DNA from: a virus
IMG/VR virus record: IMGVR_UViG_3300035492_000180
Location: 1,353 to 65,352 of that record
DNA length: 64,000 bases
Reading direction: 5' to 3' (one strand)
The translations under genes and the position numbers were made by a program. Below, one piece after another: positions 29,701-39,504 of this stretch (the first letter of the stretch is position 1; each line of letters starts with the position of its first letter). The notes under the pieces were generated by a model that made no database searches, was not told the origin of the DNA, and was given only the letters and a program-made list of their open reading frames with translations.

Positions 29701-31803
29701 CTTGGCAAGTCTGTGGCAAAAGGTGCAGAGGCAGCTCTTACTGCAGTATCTGGAACAGCGATGGCCGCAAATGATCCAGCATGGACAGAGCAACAAATTC
29801 GTATTGCTGAGAAGATACGGCAAGAAGCCGAAAGACAAGGGGCTGGCGAATATAAGGAACTTCTTGTCTCTCTTGCTAAGAGAGAAAGCAGTCTTGACCC
29901 TCTGGCTAAGAATCCAAAGTCAACTGCTACTGGTGTATTTCAGTTTATCAAAGACACTGCTAAACAATATGGAATCAATCCCCTCAATGAGGATCAAAAT
30001 ATTGGTGCCGGTGTTAAGATGTTTAAGGAGAATCTTAGCAGATTTGGAGATCCTTATACTGCGTTAGCTGCACACCATGTAGGTCCGGGTGAAGCAAAAG
30101 AAGCAATGGTTCCTGGTTCTTCTGTCGGAGATATCAATGTAAAAACCTCTCAGTGGTTAAAAGACATCATTGAAGACGTGTCAACAAGAACAGACGGACC
30201 TGTAAAAGAATCAATACAAAGCAAGTTATCTTCCGCATTCGAGTCTGTTGAAAGCATTATGCAAGAGCTTAGATCAGCCTACGAAGAAGGAGGCGCAGGC
30301 GGCGTTCTTAATGCAATCAAAAAGATTGTCAGTCCTATCTTCGAAAAGCTTACAAGCTTTATTGGGCTGGATCCAAAAGAGATCTCGAAGAGTATTGAAG
30401 AATCACTGCCTAAGGACGATCCTTTTAACAAGCCTCAGACTGAATTCATGAAGTCTCTTAATGCTGCAGGTTCCGCTGAAGAGCTGCTTGCAACTATTAA
30501 TGAAAGACTGGAAAAGATCGGCGCTGTTAAAATCAACAACCTAGATTTTATCAAGAATGATGATTTCGAAAACTTCTTTATTAACTTAGAAAAGTTGGAT
30601 GAAGTCTTCGCAGATCTTGCAGATCCAAGAACACCTCTCTTTATGCGAAAGCGTTTGGAGAAGACAGCTGAAGAACTAGAGGAAGGTCTTAAGAAGATTG
30701 CAGCAGCTGCAGCCCTTGATAACAAGAAACCTGGAGAGGAAGGTGGCTGGCAACCTAGTGCTGCTGCTATTGAAGATGGTCAAACAGCTGCTCAGAACTT
30801 CACTAATCAATTTGCAGCAGGCTTCTCTTCATTTTTGAAAGGGCAAACATCCTTTAAGGAGCTGGGTCAAAATCTTTTGTTTGAGATAACAGGACAAATT
30901 GTTGATGCCTTTGCTCAGAATTTTGTCAAGTCTTTCATGGATTCTTCTAATCTAGGTAATAAAATCTCAGACATGTTTGCAAGTATTTTCCACCTAGGAG
31001 ATGTTGCAGGCGGTGGTCTTGGTAAGCAGACAATAAACGCTACTACTGCGATTATTAATGCTGGCTCAATAATGGGCGGTGGAAGTGGAGCAGGTTCCTT
31101 CATGTCTTCTGGCGGCATCTCAGGGATGTTTGGACCTAAAGGAAAAGGATCAACTTCTGTTACTGGTGCTGCTGGAGAGATGGTTGGTGGTTCTGTTATG
31201 ACACCTGGGTTTGGTGACGGTCTGTTTGATCTTACTCTTACAGAGATAGGTAAAGTGGATGTTGCGGGATCCTCTGCGTTCACCAGCGTTGCAGATGTGG
31301 CTACTTCAAGTTTCAAGGGCTTAGGCGAAACAATAGGAGGAATCTTCGAAGGGCTTGGTAGTAGTATTTCAGGCATCTTCTCAAGTCTTCTCGGTGGAGG
31401 TGGTGGTGGTGGTGGAGGCTTCCTGTCAGGTTTTATGGGTTTGTTTGGATTCGCGAATGGTGGTCTTATTCGTGGTCCAGGCACAGGAACCTCTGACTCT
31501 ATTCTTGCTGCTGTGTCCTCTGGTGAGTACATCGTAAAATCCAGCCAAACAAAGAAATATCTGCCTCTTCTTCAGGCCATCAATGAAGGCAAGCTGCCTG
31601 CTTTTGCTACTGGTGGTATTGTTGGTGACTTGCCTGCACTGAAGAGTGAAAACAAGTTAGCTAGTAAGAAGGAATCTCAAGTATTCAACATTAGTATTAC
31701 AGGCGATATCAGTCGTCAAACCAAGCGTGAAATCTATACAATGCTTCCAGAAATCGCAAATGGCGTTAATAGCTATAATCGAGAAGTAGGCTATAGAGGT
31801 TAA
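26719..31803 (+). CDS. tape measure protein with internal lytic transglycosylase (SLT-like) domain
   Basis: Tape-measure N-terminal motif (LQLGQAMQS..QGDELRTL), hydrophobic segments, AKRESS..STATGVFQFI..ALAAHHVG, C-terminal FANGG..GPGTGTSDSI. Confidence 0.92.
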   Translation: MAIEVDVKSNSRFARQDLDQLEAQVNKVGKSVNKLSEKDFKSLSASVSSIDSSIKSLGSKLSNLAAGVGTLVAATAGLSALAKAADSFAKMSNRIKTTTNTVDEYNRSLSDTRKIALETGQSIEDITALYSKLTFASKDFAATQGQVAKVTATVSKALAASGASAAERSSAILQLGQAMQSAFVQGDELRTLREAAPFLIKTVADSLGVTVGEIKKLGEQGMLTSKVFFNALLEGADETDRVFQKMDATYEKAFKTFGTGLQIFARQFLNAFGGGDFAEVLNRFAKDFTKAAINFDMTLIRMKADFWLFINSLVKGFPSASKVVKDEVKKIVEYVKGIKIPSIDLDKFIPKLEPMKQSVLSWVKTIERAFFWLYDEVIGHSWIPDLVEGVIWWMKKLLDKPVEYAKVFAHKVNNFFANIKLPELQVKEFGLASGITIATLAGLATAFATKSVFLPLSVGVGTALVLGFNKEATALTSIVGTVFSGGIALLVGNPVIKVMAGVVSTMFTAAAIESKGAVTQSFGDAVLSGIRWAFDKIVNYLYGQDVFGQRAFQDTLFLVAKIALLFSAGRSAFVSAAQGLVGAGNAFGKKMGDRLEKSLRSMDLKGMQNKLSNEQAMLKRNTEAARMAVNAERKVLAQTRSANGQLLGNMGLKQYDIAARSNNPQAMAAFVNSLSAEGQKAVKRLNLNNQRMDTVLRDNELRQSKVIKPLEEAVRNNKMVVDSLSASLRQASLALQGAIGNLAGGVAGIFGSFAGYNVGRNIADGMAENTPAWQKAAIPFVGAFVGQFLASGIGQIVGRFTYLFIATAVPGIVKAFLAGVALPLARTFMTYGIVGPLSQLLPKIFAVSLAPVTAIPIAVVGLTVLLGAFGPTIIKSMKTGANYLVERMQNILFDMLPTKLQDTLRKNFEASGEAGPIQPENSRSLTLRVAEVAISIVDMFDSESAHDISEYGRGGEEETSQIRKIAEWVDKIPETFADAMAMRGGMIVSPSPEELGKSVAKGAEAALTAVSGTAMAANDPAWTEQQIRIAEKIRQEAERQGAGEYKELLVSLAKRESSLDPLAKNPKSTATGVFQFIKDTAKQYGINPLNEDQNIGAGVKMFKENLSRFGDPYTALAAHHVGPGEAKEAMVPGSSVGDINVKTSQWLKDIIEDVSTRTDGPVKESIQSKLSSAFESVESIMQELRSAYEEGGAGGVLNAIKKIVSPIFEKLTSFIGLDPKEISKSIEESLPKDDPFNKPQTEFMKSLNAAGSAEELLATINERLEKIGAVKINNLDFIKNDDFENFFINLEKLDEVFADLADPRTPLFMRKRLEKTAEELEEGLKKIAAAAALDNKKPGEEGGWQPSAAAIEDGQTAAQNFTNQFAAGFSSFLKGQTSFKELGQNLLFEITGQIVDAFAQNFVKSFMDSSNLGNKISDMFASIFHLGDVAGGGLGKQTINATTAIINAGSIMGGGSGAGSFMSSGGISGMFGPKGKGSTSVTGAAGEMVGGSVMTPGFGDGLFDLTLTEIGKVDVAGSSAFTSVADVATSSFKGLGETIGGIFEGLGSSISGIFSSLLGGGGGGGGGFLSGFMGLFGFANGGLIRGPGTGTSDSILAAVSSGEYIVKSSQTKKYLPLLQAINEGKLPAFATGGIVGDLPALKSENKLASKKESQVFNISITGDISRQTKREIYTMLPEIANGVNSYNREVGYRG

Positions 31804-31811
31804 TCATTTAA

Positions 31812-31839
31812 GGGAGGGGAGAAATCCCCTCTCATTTTA
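31812..31839 (+). terminator. terminator-like hairpin (GAAA loop)
   Basis: gagggga-gaaa-tcccctc-tcatttt. Confidence 0.55.
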
Positions 31840-31854
31840 TCTCTGGAGAAATAA

Positions 31855-32442
31855 ATGTATGGTGTTTATGAAAACGGACAAGTAATTGGTGTCTTTACAG
31901 CGCCTTTAACTGTTAAGAGTAACCAGCCTGTTTTTGTCTCTGATAGTTTGTCTCTGAAAAGAGCAAGGCAAAAGAGAGCAGGACAGCGTTGGGAGATTAC
32001 TACAGGGATTCGTCCTGAAAATCAGGATGCAAATGATCTGTTTGCTTTGTTTATCGAGAAAGGCTATACCAGTGCTCTTAATATCTTGATGCCACAAAAC
32101 ACAGGTTCAAGACATAAGAGAGTGAGAGGCACCCCTCCTATTGCATCAGGTTCCTTAGATGGTGATACGATTGTAGTTACAACTACAGCAAAGATTCCCA
32201 GAGGTACGTACATTCGGTTTGCAAACCACTCTAAAATCTATCTTACTTTGTCTGAAAAAGATGCAGCAGGTGTGATTAAGATCTATCCTACTCTTAGGCA
32301 ATCTGTTGTAAATCAATCAATGGAGTGGGAAGATGATGTTATCATGCCTGCCTATATTGACTTAGACACTACTGTAGGTATGTCCTATACTGATGGTATT
32401 CTTATGGATATGGGCACTGTAAAGTTTGTGGAGGCGCTATGA
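31855..32442 (+). CDS. distal tail / minor tail protein
   Basis: Position immediately after the tape measure gene. Confidence 0.6.
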   Translation: MYGVYENGQVIGVFTAPLTVKSNQPVFVSDSLSLKRARQKRAGQRWEITTGIRPENQDANDLFALFIEKGYTSALNILMPQNTGSRHKRVRGTPPIASGSLDGDTIVVTTTAKIPRGTYIRFANHSKIYLTLSEKDAAGVIKIYPTLRQSVVNQSMEWEDDVIMPAYIDLDTTVGMSYTDGILMDMGTVKFVEAL

Positions 32443-32999
32443 TTCAATTTAATGCCAGAATACAAGAGCTTCTACAGCAGCCTGTACTGCAAACATTCCA
32501 TTGTATTCAGTTACACAATTTCAGATTTACCTCGCATGATCATAATCTGACATTGCCTGACGGTGTCTATATTAGTACAGATGTAATTAGCGTGCTGGAG
32601 AATCTCAGAGCAACTTCTACAGTAGATCGCGATCTTTACAAGATTACTCTTGCAGACCCTTCCTTTACTATGCTTAGCTTCTATGAAGGAGGTGCTGTAG
32701 GGAAGGTTGCAACTGTTAGACTTGGTTTTGTAGATTATGAAACGCAGGAGCCTGATACTCAAAATACCATCATCATCTATAAAGGTATTATTGAGAGTTT
32801 TGATTATCAAGTTGATACTGCTGAACAAGGTCAGGTAATTTCCGAAATTCGCTGTTCTAATCCAATGGCCGATCTTGACGGTGTAAGACCTTTCTATACA
32901 AGTAAGGATTTCATCAGACAACTTAGTGCAGATGATACTGCATTTGATCAGGTTTATTCAGGAGCAGGGTCCGTATCACTAAAATGGGGTAAGAAATAA
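32439..32999 (+). CDS. minor tail (hub-like) protein
   Basis: Position; ends in LKWGK, as in DUF2163-type hub proteins. Confidence 0.6.
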   Translation: MIQFNARIQELLQQPVLQTFHCIQLHNFRFTSHDHNLTLPDGVYISTDVISVLENLRATSTVDRDLYKITLADPSFTMLSFYEGGAVGKVATVRLGFVDYETQEPDTQNTIIIYKGIIESFDYQVDTAEQGQVISEIRCSNPMADLDGVRPFYTSKDFIRQLSADDTAFDQVYSGAGSVSLKWGKK

Positions 33000-35900
33000 T
33001 GGGTTTTGTATCAGCTATCATATCGATCGCCCTTACAGTCGCCTCCGCTGTCTACCAAAAAAGACAGCAAAAGAAAATGCAGAAAAAAGCCGAAGAAGCT
33101 AGAAAGGCTGCAGAGGAGGCAAGAAAGGGTTTTGAGTTGGTTGTCGATTCACAGATCATGGCACTTCCTATTGTCTATGGAAGAGCAAAGATTGGAGGCA
33201 ACCGTGTCTTTTCAAAAACATCTAACAGCTTCATATACACAACTACAAATGCTAACAAAGTCTTTGAAATTGGCGGGCTTAACAAGACTATTAACGGCAA
33301 AAAGAATGAGTTCTTGATTACACAACAGGCACTTTGTCAGGGTCCTATTCATGCTTGCTATGATGTAATTATTGATGAGTCTACCTTTCTCAATGATCCT
33401 GTGCTTGTCCAAAAAGCAGAAGAAGGTGAGACAACTGGTGCATTCAGAGCTGAAGTTCACTATGATGGTGGAACACCTAATAGCCTTGTTACCGTAAATG
33501 CGGGTGAAAGGGCAAACGCTAAATTTGTTGGTTGTGCTTTTATGTCTCTGTTTATCAAGCTTAATAGAGATGATCCTCAGTTTGGAGGAGTTCCTGATGT
33601 TGCCGCTTTCATTGAGGGAAAGCTTGTAAAAACAGTGAATAACGGTATCTTGTCTAACAACCGTATTTATAGCAATAACCCTGCCTGGGTGTTGCTTGAC
33701 TACTTGCTAGACTATCGTAAATTGTCACTTGAAGAGCTTGACTTACCTTCATTTGAAGCAGCAGCAGCTATCTGTTCTCAGATAATGATGTACGGGGCTT
33801 ATACGGGAGGCAATATCTTCAGAAATGCTCTCGGCGACCGAAATATTCGGACGAGAAATATTCCTCTATACGAAGCAAATATCATTATTGATAGCAAGCG
33901 TCCACACAGAGAGAATGTTGAGTCAATCTTGGAAACAATGGGTGATGCCCGTCTTGTCTGGTCTCAAGGAAAGTACAAACTTTCTCTTCAGTACCCCGGT
34001 AGAAATAACAATAATATTGTCGTAGCTGAACACATCAATGATGACAAGCTTGTGCTTGGAGAGGATATTAGCGTTACTTGGCCGACTGCCGAAGATCGCT
34101 TCAATAATGTAACAATTCGCTTTAGTAACGAAGCTGAGAACTTTAAAGAAGATACTGTGTCTTGGCCTCCGAAACCTCTCGGTGGCTACACTAAAGGCAT
34201 TGGCGGCTTTGTCTATCCTCCAGCGACTGGTTGGGATAACACAGCAGCTGGCAGATTCTTGAACAACTACGCTGTTTGGAATCAAAACGTAAATAGTGTA
34301 ACTCTTACATGGCTCATTCGTCCTTCTATCTCTGGTGATTACTCGCTGAAGTTTACAATGGATGACAATGGAGAGCTGCGTATTCAACAGTACGATCTGA
34401 CACCAATCTACCCGCTTCCTGTCGTTCAAACAGAGGTGGTTGACGTTACTACAATTCCTGAGTCAGTACTAGGCGGTTTAAGCCTTATTAAAAGACTTTC
34501 GAGGAATTCGGAAGATTGGAAAACAATCAAGACAGGTACAGTAAACCTTAGTGCAAACCAAATATATAGGATAACAGTCACAGCAACAAATAACAAGGGT
34601 CTTAAAGGTGCTGCTGCAACACTTACAGCGCCGGATGGCACCACTTTCTGGACTACAAGAGAGCCTTCTTACTCAGGGTTCGAAACAGTAGATAAGAAGA
34701 ATGGTGTATATCTTGCGATGTTGCAAGAAGACAATAATGTAGAACTGGAAGCTGATCTGTTCTTTGAAGGTTGCACGGACTATCACCATGCTTTGGCAAA
34801 GGCTGAAGAGATGGTGAGAACAAGTAGGTCAGCCTTCAAGATAAAGTTCTCCTATAACTTCAAAGACAAATATCTGGAGCCTGGCGACTTTATCAGTTTC
34901 TCTTCTAAGACAGTAAAAATTGGAGAACTTTCACCTGTCTACATTCGTGTCGATAGTGTGAAGCTTCAAAATGGTCTTGTTGCTGAAGTAGAAGGCACAC
35001 GCTTTGACTGGACACAGCTTGCCTGGAATGTGGCTGATAACGAATACTTGAAGCCAGCACCGTATTACAACTTTGAGATTCCTGCTCCTTTGTATCTTGA
35101 GTACAAACCAGATGTAACGGATTTGTTCGAAGGACCTGGATCTCTTTCATGGCCTTTAGTAGATGACACAAGATTAGTTAGTTATAATCTCTATTCTCAT
35201 GTTCCTGGCGATGTAGATGCAAGCGGTGTAAATATTTTCAAGCGTCTTGGCTCGACTCCACATCCTCCGTTTTCATTGCCTGCACTAGATGAGGGTGATT
35301 ATATCTTTGGCATCAAATCAGTGACAAGTGTCGGTAGCATGTCTCAAATGACTGTTACTGATACAACTAATTTGTCCAGGCTGGCACCGCCTCCTCCTGT
35401 AGATTTTACAGTAACAGCCTTTGGAGATAGACAGCAATCTGTTCGCTTGTCATGGACAATACCAGTAACTAGACTTGATGGTACAGTATACAAGAATCAC
35501 TTTATCACTGAAGTGTACAGGTCTAAAACAAACAACTTCCTTGTCGCACAAAAAGTCGGTGAAACAACAAAGGTAAACACATATGTTGACACGCCGTCTG
35601 AGTATGGTACACTCTACTACTGGGTTCGTTTTGTCAGCTACTCAGGGATTCCTGGAGAAGAGTCTATTGCACAAAGTGCTGATCTAGATTTCTGGGCTGT
35701 CTTTGATGATTCTACATTCAAACCACCAGCACCTTTCAACTTACAAGCTTCTGGTGGTGTTAATCAGATTCTCCTTACATGGGAGAGAGTTGATTACACA
35801 GAAGGCGGAGGGCATGCCGCTACTATTCTGTATGGAAAGCTATGGCCCGAAGGCGCTCCTGCTCCTGAATTTAGCATGGATGATGTTCTTGCGTCAGTAT

Positions 35901-36685
35901 CGTACGCAACTGTATTCAGCCATGGTGTAAAGCCAGGGGAGAGATGGGTTTATTGGGCAAAAGAGCTGAGTAGAGGTAATGGGTTGTCAGACGGTTATGC
36001 TGGCCCTGTTAATGCAACAACAAGCTATGACGCTGCTGAGCTTATTGACGCTCTTTCATCTAACGGCTTTGATTTAAATACAGAGCCTTTTGTTCATTTT
36101 ACAGAACAGACTACTCTTCCAGATGGCACAGTTATTCCGGCCGGTACTTATTTGAAGAGAGGCTATATTGCAGATGCTTCTATCACAAGTGCAAAGATCA
36201 AGGAACTCTCAGCAGATAAAATAACTTCCGGGTTTATTGCAGCCGAGCGTATTCAGGCTAATTCGATTACTGCAGCAAAGATAGATAGTAGAGGTCTAAG
36301 CATTAAAGATGCTGCAGGTAATATCATCTTGGCTTCAGGAAGCCCACTTGATTACTCTGTCTATCTTAAGAATAAACCTACTTCTTTGTCTGGAATCAAC
36401 AGTACAGAGGGATCAAAGTTAGCAGGAGTAGAAGCAGAAGCCACAAAGGGTGCAACATTTGGTAGCAATATATATGGTCAAATAACATCAACAAATGTAA
36501 GTACCTATATTGCAAGCGCAGCAATCGGTGCGGCGCAGATTGGCTCAATTGCTCTTGTAGGTACAAGCAACTTCTCTGTTAGGACAGCACTATCAGGCGC
36601 GCGAATGGACATGGATTCGCGTCGGATCAAGGTCTATGACGAAAATGGTGTGTTGCGCGTTCAATTAGGAAATCTGACAGTTTAA
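32999..36685 (+). CDS. tail tip / host-specificity protein (J-like) with PA14-like insert and FN3-like repeats
   Basis: PIVYG, YSNNPAWVLLDY, FTMDDNGEL, P..L.A.GG.N.I.L.W, ADASITSAKI, C-terminal RVQLGNL. Confidence 0.85.
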   Translation: MGFVSAIISIALTVASAVYQKRQQKKMQKKAEEARKAAEEARKGFELVVDSQIMALPIVYGRAKIGGNRVFSKTSNSFIYTTTNANKVFEIGGLNKTINGKKNEFLITQQALCQGPIHACYDVIIDESTFLNDPVLVQKAEEGETTGAFRAEVHYDGGTPNSLVTVNAGERANAKFVGCAFMSLFIKLNRDDPQFGGVPDVAAFIEGKLVKTVNNGILSNNRIYSNNPAWVLLDYLLDYRKLSLEELDLPSFEAAAAICSQIMMYGAYTGGNIFRNALGDRNIRTRNIPLYEANIIIDSKRPHRENVESILETMGDARLVWSQGKYKLSLQYPGRNNNNIVVAEHINDDKLVLGEDISVTWPTAEDRFNNVTIRFSNEAENFKEDTVSWPPKPLGGYTKGIGGFVYPPATGWDNTAAGRFLNNYAVWNQNVNSVTLTWLIRPSISGDYSLKFTMDDNGELRIQQYDLTPIYPLPVVQTEVVDVTTIPESVLGGLSLIKRLSRNSEDWKTIKTGTVNLSANQIYRITVTATNNKGLKGAAATLTAPDGTTFWTTREPSYSGFETVDKKNGVYLAMLQEDNNVELEADLFFEGCTDYHHALAKAEEMVRTSRSAFKIKFSYNFKDKYLEPGDFISFSSKTVKIGELSPVYIRVDSVKLQNGLVAEVEGTRFDWTQLAWNVADNEYLKPAPYYNFEIPAPLYLEYKPDVTDLFEGPGSLSWPLVDDTRLVSYNLYSHVPGDVDASGVNIFKRLGSTPHPPFSLPALDEGDYIFGIKSVTSVGSMSQMTVTDTTNLSRLAPPPPVDFTVTAFGDRQQSVRLSWTIPVTRLDGTVYKNHFITEVYRSKTNNFLVAQKVGETTKVNTYVDTPSEYGTLYYWVRFVSYSGIPGEESIAQSADLDFWAVFDDSTFKPPAPFNLQASGGVNQILLTWERVDYTEGGGHAATILYGKLWPEGAPAPEFSMDDVLASVSYATVFSHGVKPGERWVYWAKELSRGNGLSDGYAGPVNATTSYDAAELIDALSSNGFDLNTEPFVHFTEQTTLPDGTVIPAGTYLKRGYIADASITSAKIKELSADKITSGFIAAERIQANSITAAKIDSRGLSIKDAAGNIILASGSPLDYSVYLKNKPTSLSGINSTEGSKLAGVEAEATKGATFGSNIYGQITSTNVSTYIASAAIGAAQIGSIALVGTSNFSVRTALSGARMDMDSRRIKVYDENGVLRVQLGNLTV

Positions 36686-36694
36686 TAGAAAGGA

Positions 36695-36726
36695 GAGGAG
36701 GGAGCTAATAACTCCCTTCTATTTTT
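36695..36726 (+). terminator. terminator-like hairpin
   Basis: agggag..ctccct followed by tctattttt. Confidence 0.45.
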
Positions 36727-36727
36727 A

Positions 36728-37003
36728 ATGAGTTATGGATTAAGGATTTGGGATGCAAGCGGAAAGCTGAAATTCGATCCCTCTATTCGAATTACAAGAT
36801 GGCATTCTCAGCATTTTGTTTCTCTTTCACCACGCTCAGAAACCAATATCTATATTTCAGGTTATGTACCAGGGGACAAATGGTCTTATTATAACACTGA
36901 TATGGCCTATATACGAATAACGGAGTTTTCTGGAAGGATCTATATTTACAACGAATCTTACACTGATTCGGTTAGTTTTACATTAGGGGTCTTGCAAACA
37001 TGA
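36728..37003 (+). CDS. small tail-tip accessory protein
   Basis: MSYGLRIWDASG..FD motif typical of genes following J. Confidence 0.6.
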   Translation: MSYGLRIWDASGKLKFDPSIRITRWHSQHFVSLSPRSETNIYISGYVPGDKWSYYNTDMAYIRITEFSGRIYIYNESYTDSVSFTLGVLQT

Positions 37004-37665
37004 CTTACGGAGTAAAAATAATAAACAGCAGCGACTATATACAGATAGATTCAGACTACTCAAACTTTCACGTAATACAAGAAGGTTCCTTGTCTATTAG
37101 CAACAGCTATTATGGTGGTGGAAGGATTTCTAATAATGTATCTATCCCTTCTCAGAGTGCTGTCCCTCTTGTAATTGTCTCAGCGCCTGTTGGTGTCTTT
37201 ATAAGTGCAACAGTTTCCTCTTCAGGATTCTCCCTTATCTCGATGTATGATGCGACCACAGTAAATTATAAAGTACTAGGCGTGTCTAGATATAACACAA
37301 GGTCAAATGATTCCTATGGGCTTAGGGTGTTTAATTCAGATAACTCACTCGCTTTCGACTCAGGGCATGACAGACTTTTAATAACAGGAAAGGTTTCGAA
37401 ATTCTTTGAATCTTTTAGATATGAAAATGTGTCAATCCCTATTGATACTAACGTAAATAAATGGTTTTCTGTGAACGGGCTGATACGATATGGTTCAAAT
37501 TTTTCAGCTTCACCTAACGAAGCTGAACTCTATTTTGCATGCGCAGGTTTTGCCAGTAGTACTGTATTCTCTTTAAGAAGTGATTATTTATTTCCTGGAC
37601 CACCTATTGGCCAAACCTGGTCAGCTTTTACAGCAACTTCATTTGTAGGAAAAATAAAGTTATGA
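37000..37665 (+). CDS. tail-tip accessory protein
   Basis: MTYGVKI.. plus internal SYGLRVFNSD..AFD repeat related to the upstream gene. Confidence 0.6.
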   Translation: MTYGVKIINSSDYIQIDSDYSNFHVIQEGSLSISNSYYGGGRISNNVSIPSQSAVPLVIVSAPVGVFISATVSSSGFSLISMYDATTVNYKVLGVSRYNTRSNDSYGLRVFNSDNSLAFDSGHDRLLITGKVSKFFESFRYENVSIPIDTNVNKWFSVNGLIRYGSNFSASPNEAELYFACAGFASSTVFSLRSDYLFPGPPIGQTWSAFTATSFVGKIKL

Positions 37666-38261
37666 ACCTTATTCTTGTACCTGATGAAAATGGTGAGATC
37701 AGCTACACCGCCACGTTTAGTTCAGATAGTGATATCCCTGATATAGAAAACGCTATTATTTTTAAAGGGGAAATACCAGAAATTTCAGACTTGTCCTGTT
37801 TCTATGTTAAAGATGGAATTCTTAAGGAAAGAGAGAAGAAATATAATGACTTCCTGACATGGAATAAAGAGCTGGAGGAATGGGTTCCAGATCTATATAG
37901 GGCAAGAGTGGCAAAGAAACAAGAGATTGAGACTGTATTGAAACGAAAACTATATGAAGAACCCTGTAATGGCTTCGATGCAGATATGGTATCTAGATCG
38001 AGGATTTCAGGATTGCTACAAAGGCTCCAAAGAGGCGATGGCCTCCCTTCAGGATGGATTGGCTGGCGAGATGCAAGTAACAACATGCACTGGTCTTTAA
38101 ACACTCCTGAGCAAGTCTATAGTTATTTGTCGGCCTTGTCGTTAGCTATTGAGGACAAGGAACAAGCAATGCTTCTGTCTGCATGGATGCATAAGAAAAA
38201 CATAGATGATTCCAATAATCTTGAATATATTCTCTCATATCCTGTAGAAGAGGGTTGGTGA
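37662..38261 (+). CDS. tail fibre assembly-like protein (DUF4376-like C-terminus)
   Basis: FDAD..SRSRI..W..A.N..H pattern. Confidence 0.55.
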   Translation: MNLILVPDENGEISYTATFSSDSDIPDIENAIIFKGEIPEISDLSCFYVKDGILKEREKKYNDFLTWNKELEEWVPDLYRARVAKKQEIETVLKRKLYEEPCNGFDADMVSRSRISGLLQRLQRGDGLPSGWIGWRDASNNMHWSLNTPEQVYSYLSALSLAIEDKEQAMLLSAWMHKKNIDDSNNLEYILSYPVEEGW

Positions 38262-38701
38262 TGCTTGTAAGCCAATTGAGCAAAGGTGATATTGAAGCCT
38301 GTGTAAAAATGTATCTCCCTCATGATTCGTGGATTAAAGGAGATTATCAAACGTCTCTCAAGAATTTGTTTATTGCGTCAAAAAGAGCATACGTCCGTGC
38401 TATAAAAGAAGATAACAAAGTTATTGCGTTTTTGTATGCTGAGATCATTCAGCCAGCGCATTTGAATTATTTTTGTCTTAAGCAGATGTATTTCTGCAGT
38501 GTTGGAGGCATCTCAGGAGTTAAGGCTATGTTTGACTTGCATGATGACCTAATCAAATACGCAGAAGAACAAAAGGTTCCTCTTGTCTTATCTCCTGGAT
38601 CACACTTGGATGAGCAAAACAAGTTTGCAAAACTCCTTGAAAAAAGAGGCTGGGAACGCAGAGGATACATGGCCGCTTACAAGACTTCGCACTTCAAGTA
38701 G
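38255..38701 (+). CDS. putative GNAT-fold protein
   Basis: 148 aa; VIAFLYA strand, L..YAEE..V.LV, LLEKRGW motif. Confidence 0.5.
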   Translation: MVMLVSQLSKGDIEACVKMYLPHDSWIKGDYQTSLKNLFIASKRAYVRAIKEDNKVIAFLYAEIIQPAHLNYFCLKQMYFCSVGGISGVKAMFDLHDDLIKYAEEQKVPLVLSPGSHLDEQNKFAKLLEKRGWERRGYMAAYKTSHFK

Positions 38702-38707
38702 CATTCT

Positions 38708-38743
38708 ACCCCTAGTTGAGACTATTCTCTTCTAGGGGTTTTT
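38708..38743 (+). terminator. intrinsic terminator ending the late operon
   Basis: acccctag..ctaggggt-tttt. Confidence 0.75.
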
Positions 38744-38758
38744 AATCAAATTTTATTT

Positions 38759-38786
38759 GCGGAAAAACATCCATCTTATATGAAGA
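38759..38786 (+). promoter_or_regulatory. class A motif (putative phage RNAP promoter), copy 1
   Basis: gcg-gaaaaacat-CCATCTTATATG-aaga; intergenic. Confidence 0.7.
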
Positions 38787-39016
38787 CTACCATAAGGTGG
38801 TTAAACAGGAGAGTTATCATGAACACGCAAGCTAGGGACATTGAAGAATTCATCAAATAGGTCGAAGCACAATAACCGAGTGTACAACTCTTTCTAGAGG
38901 ACAATGAGTACCTTTTCAGCAAGCATGTCAAGGAAAAACACGATCTTCTGTTGGAACTTGAGAAAAGGAATATAAAATTCAGCGGCCTTTATGGTCGTGT
39001 TTACAAGAGGTGATAC

Positions 39017-39493
39017 ATGGCGACAGAGTATTATTACAAGAAGTATTGCAAGGTCTGTGGTGTTCTGACGGACTCCTGGAAGATTTCGAAACAATATTTT
39101 GAGTTTCTAAAGAGATCTCCGGGCATCAAGTATCCAGAGGAGCACCCACACACCTGCACATACGATTGGATTTGCGAAAGATGTGCTCCTGATTACTATG
39201 CGGATCCTGAATGGAAAGCACCAGAGCCATTCAAAAGGACACCTCTACCTACGCCGAAGCTTGGAGCTGCGCTTCCTCCCGCTGCACCTGCGCAAAAGCC
39301 GACAGAAACGGCCCAGGTTCCGCCACCAGCAGCCCCGGCAGCTCCCCGGATCAGTCCCCCCAAGCCGCCACTCCGCACCCCGCCTGTGGCCACTCCGGTG
39401 GTCTCTGCCAAACCCGCAACTCCTGAAAAACAGGATAAAATAGCATCAACACCAGCTGCACCTCGTTTCAAAGTTCCTAAACTCAATAAATAA
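39017..39493 (+). CDS. CxxC/CxxC zinc-binding protein with Pro/Ala-rich tail
   Basis: CKVC..CERC, then a PA-rich tail ending RFKVPKLNK. Confidence 0.65.
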   Translation: MATEYYYKKYCKVCGVLTDSWKISKQYFEFLKRSPGIKYPEEHPHTCTYDWICERCAPDYYADPEWKAPEPFKRTPLPTPKLGAALPPAAPAQKPTETAQVPPPAAPAAPRISPPKPPLRTPPVATPVVSAKPATPEKQDKIASTPAAPRFKVPKLNK

Positions 39494-39504
39494 GGAAGTA
39501 AATC

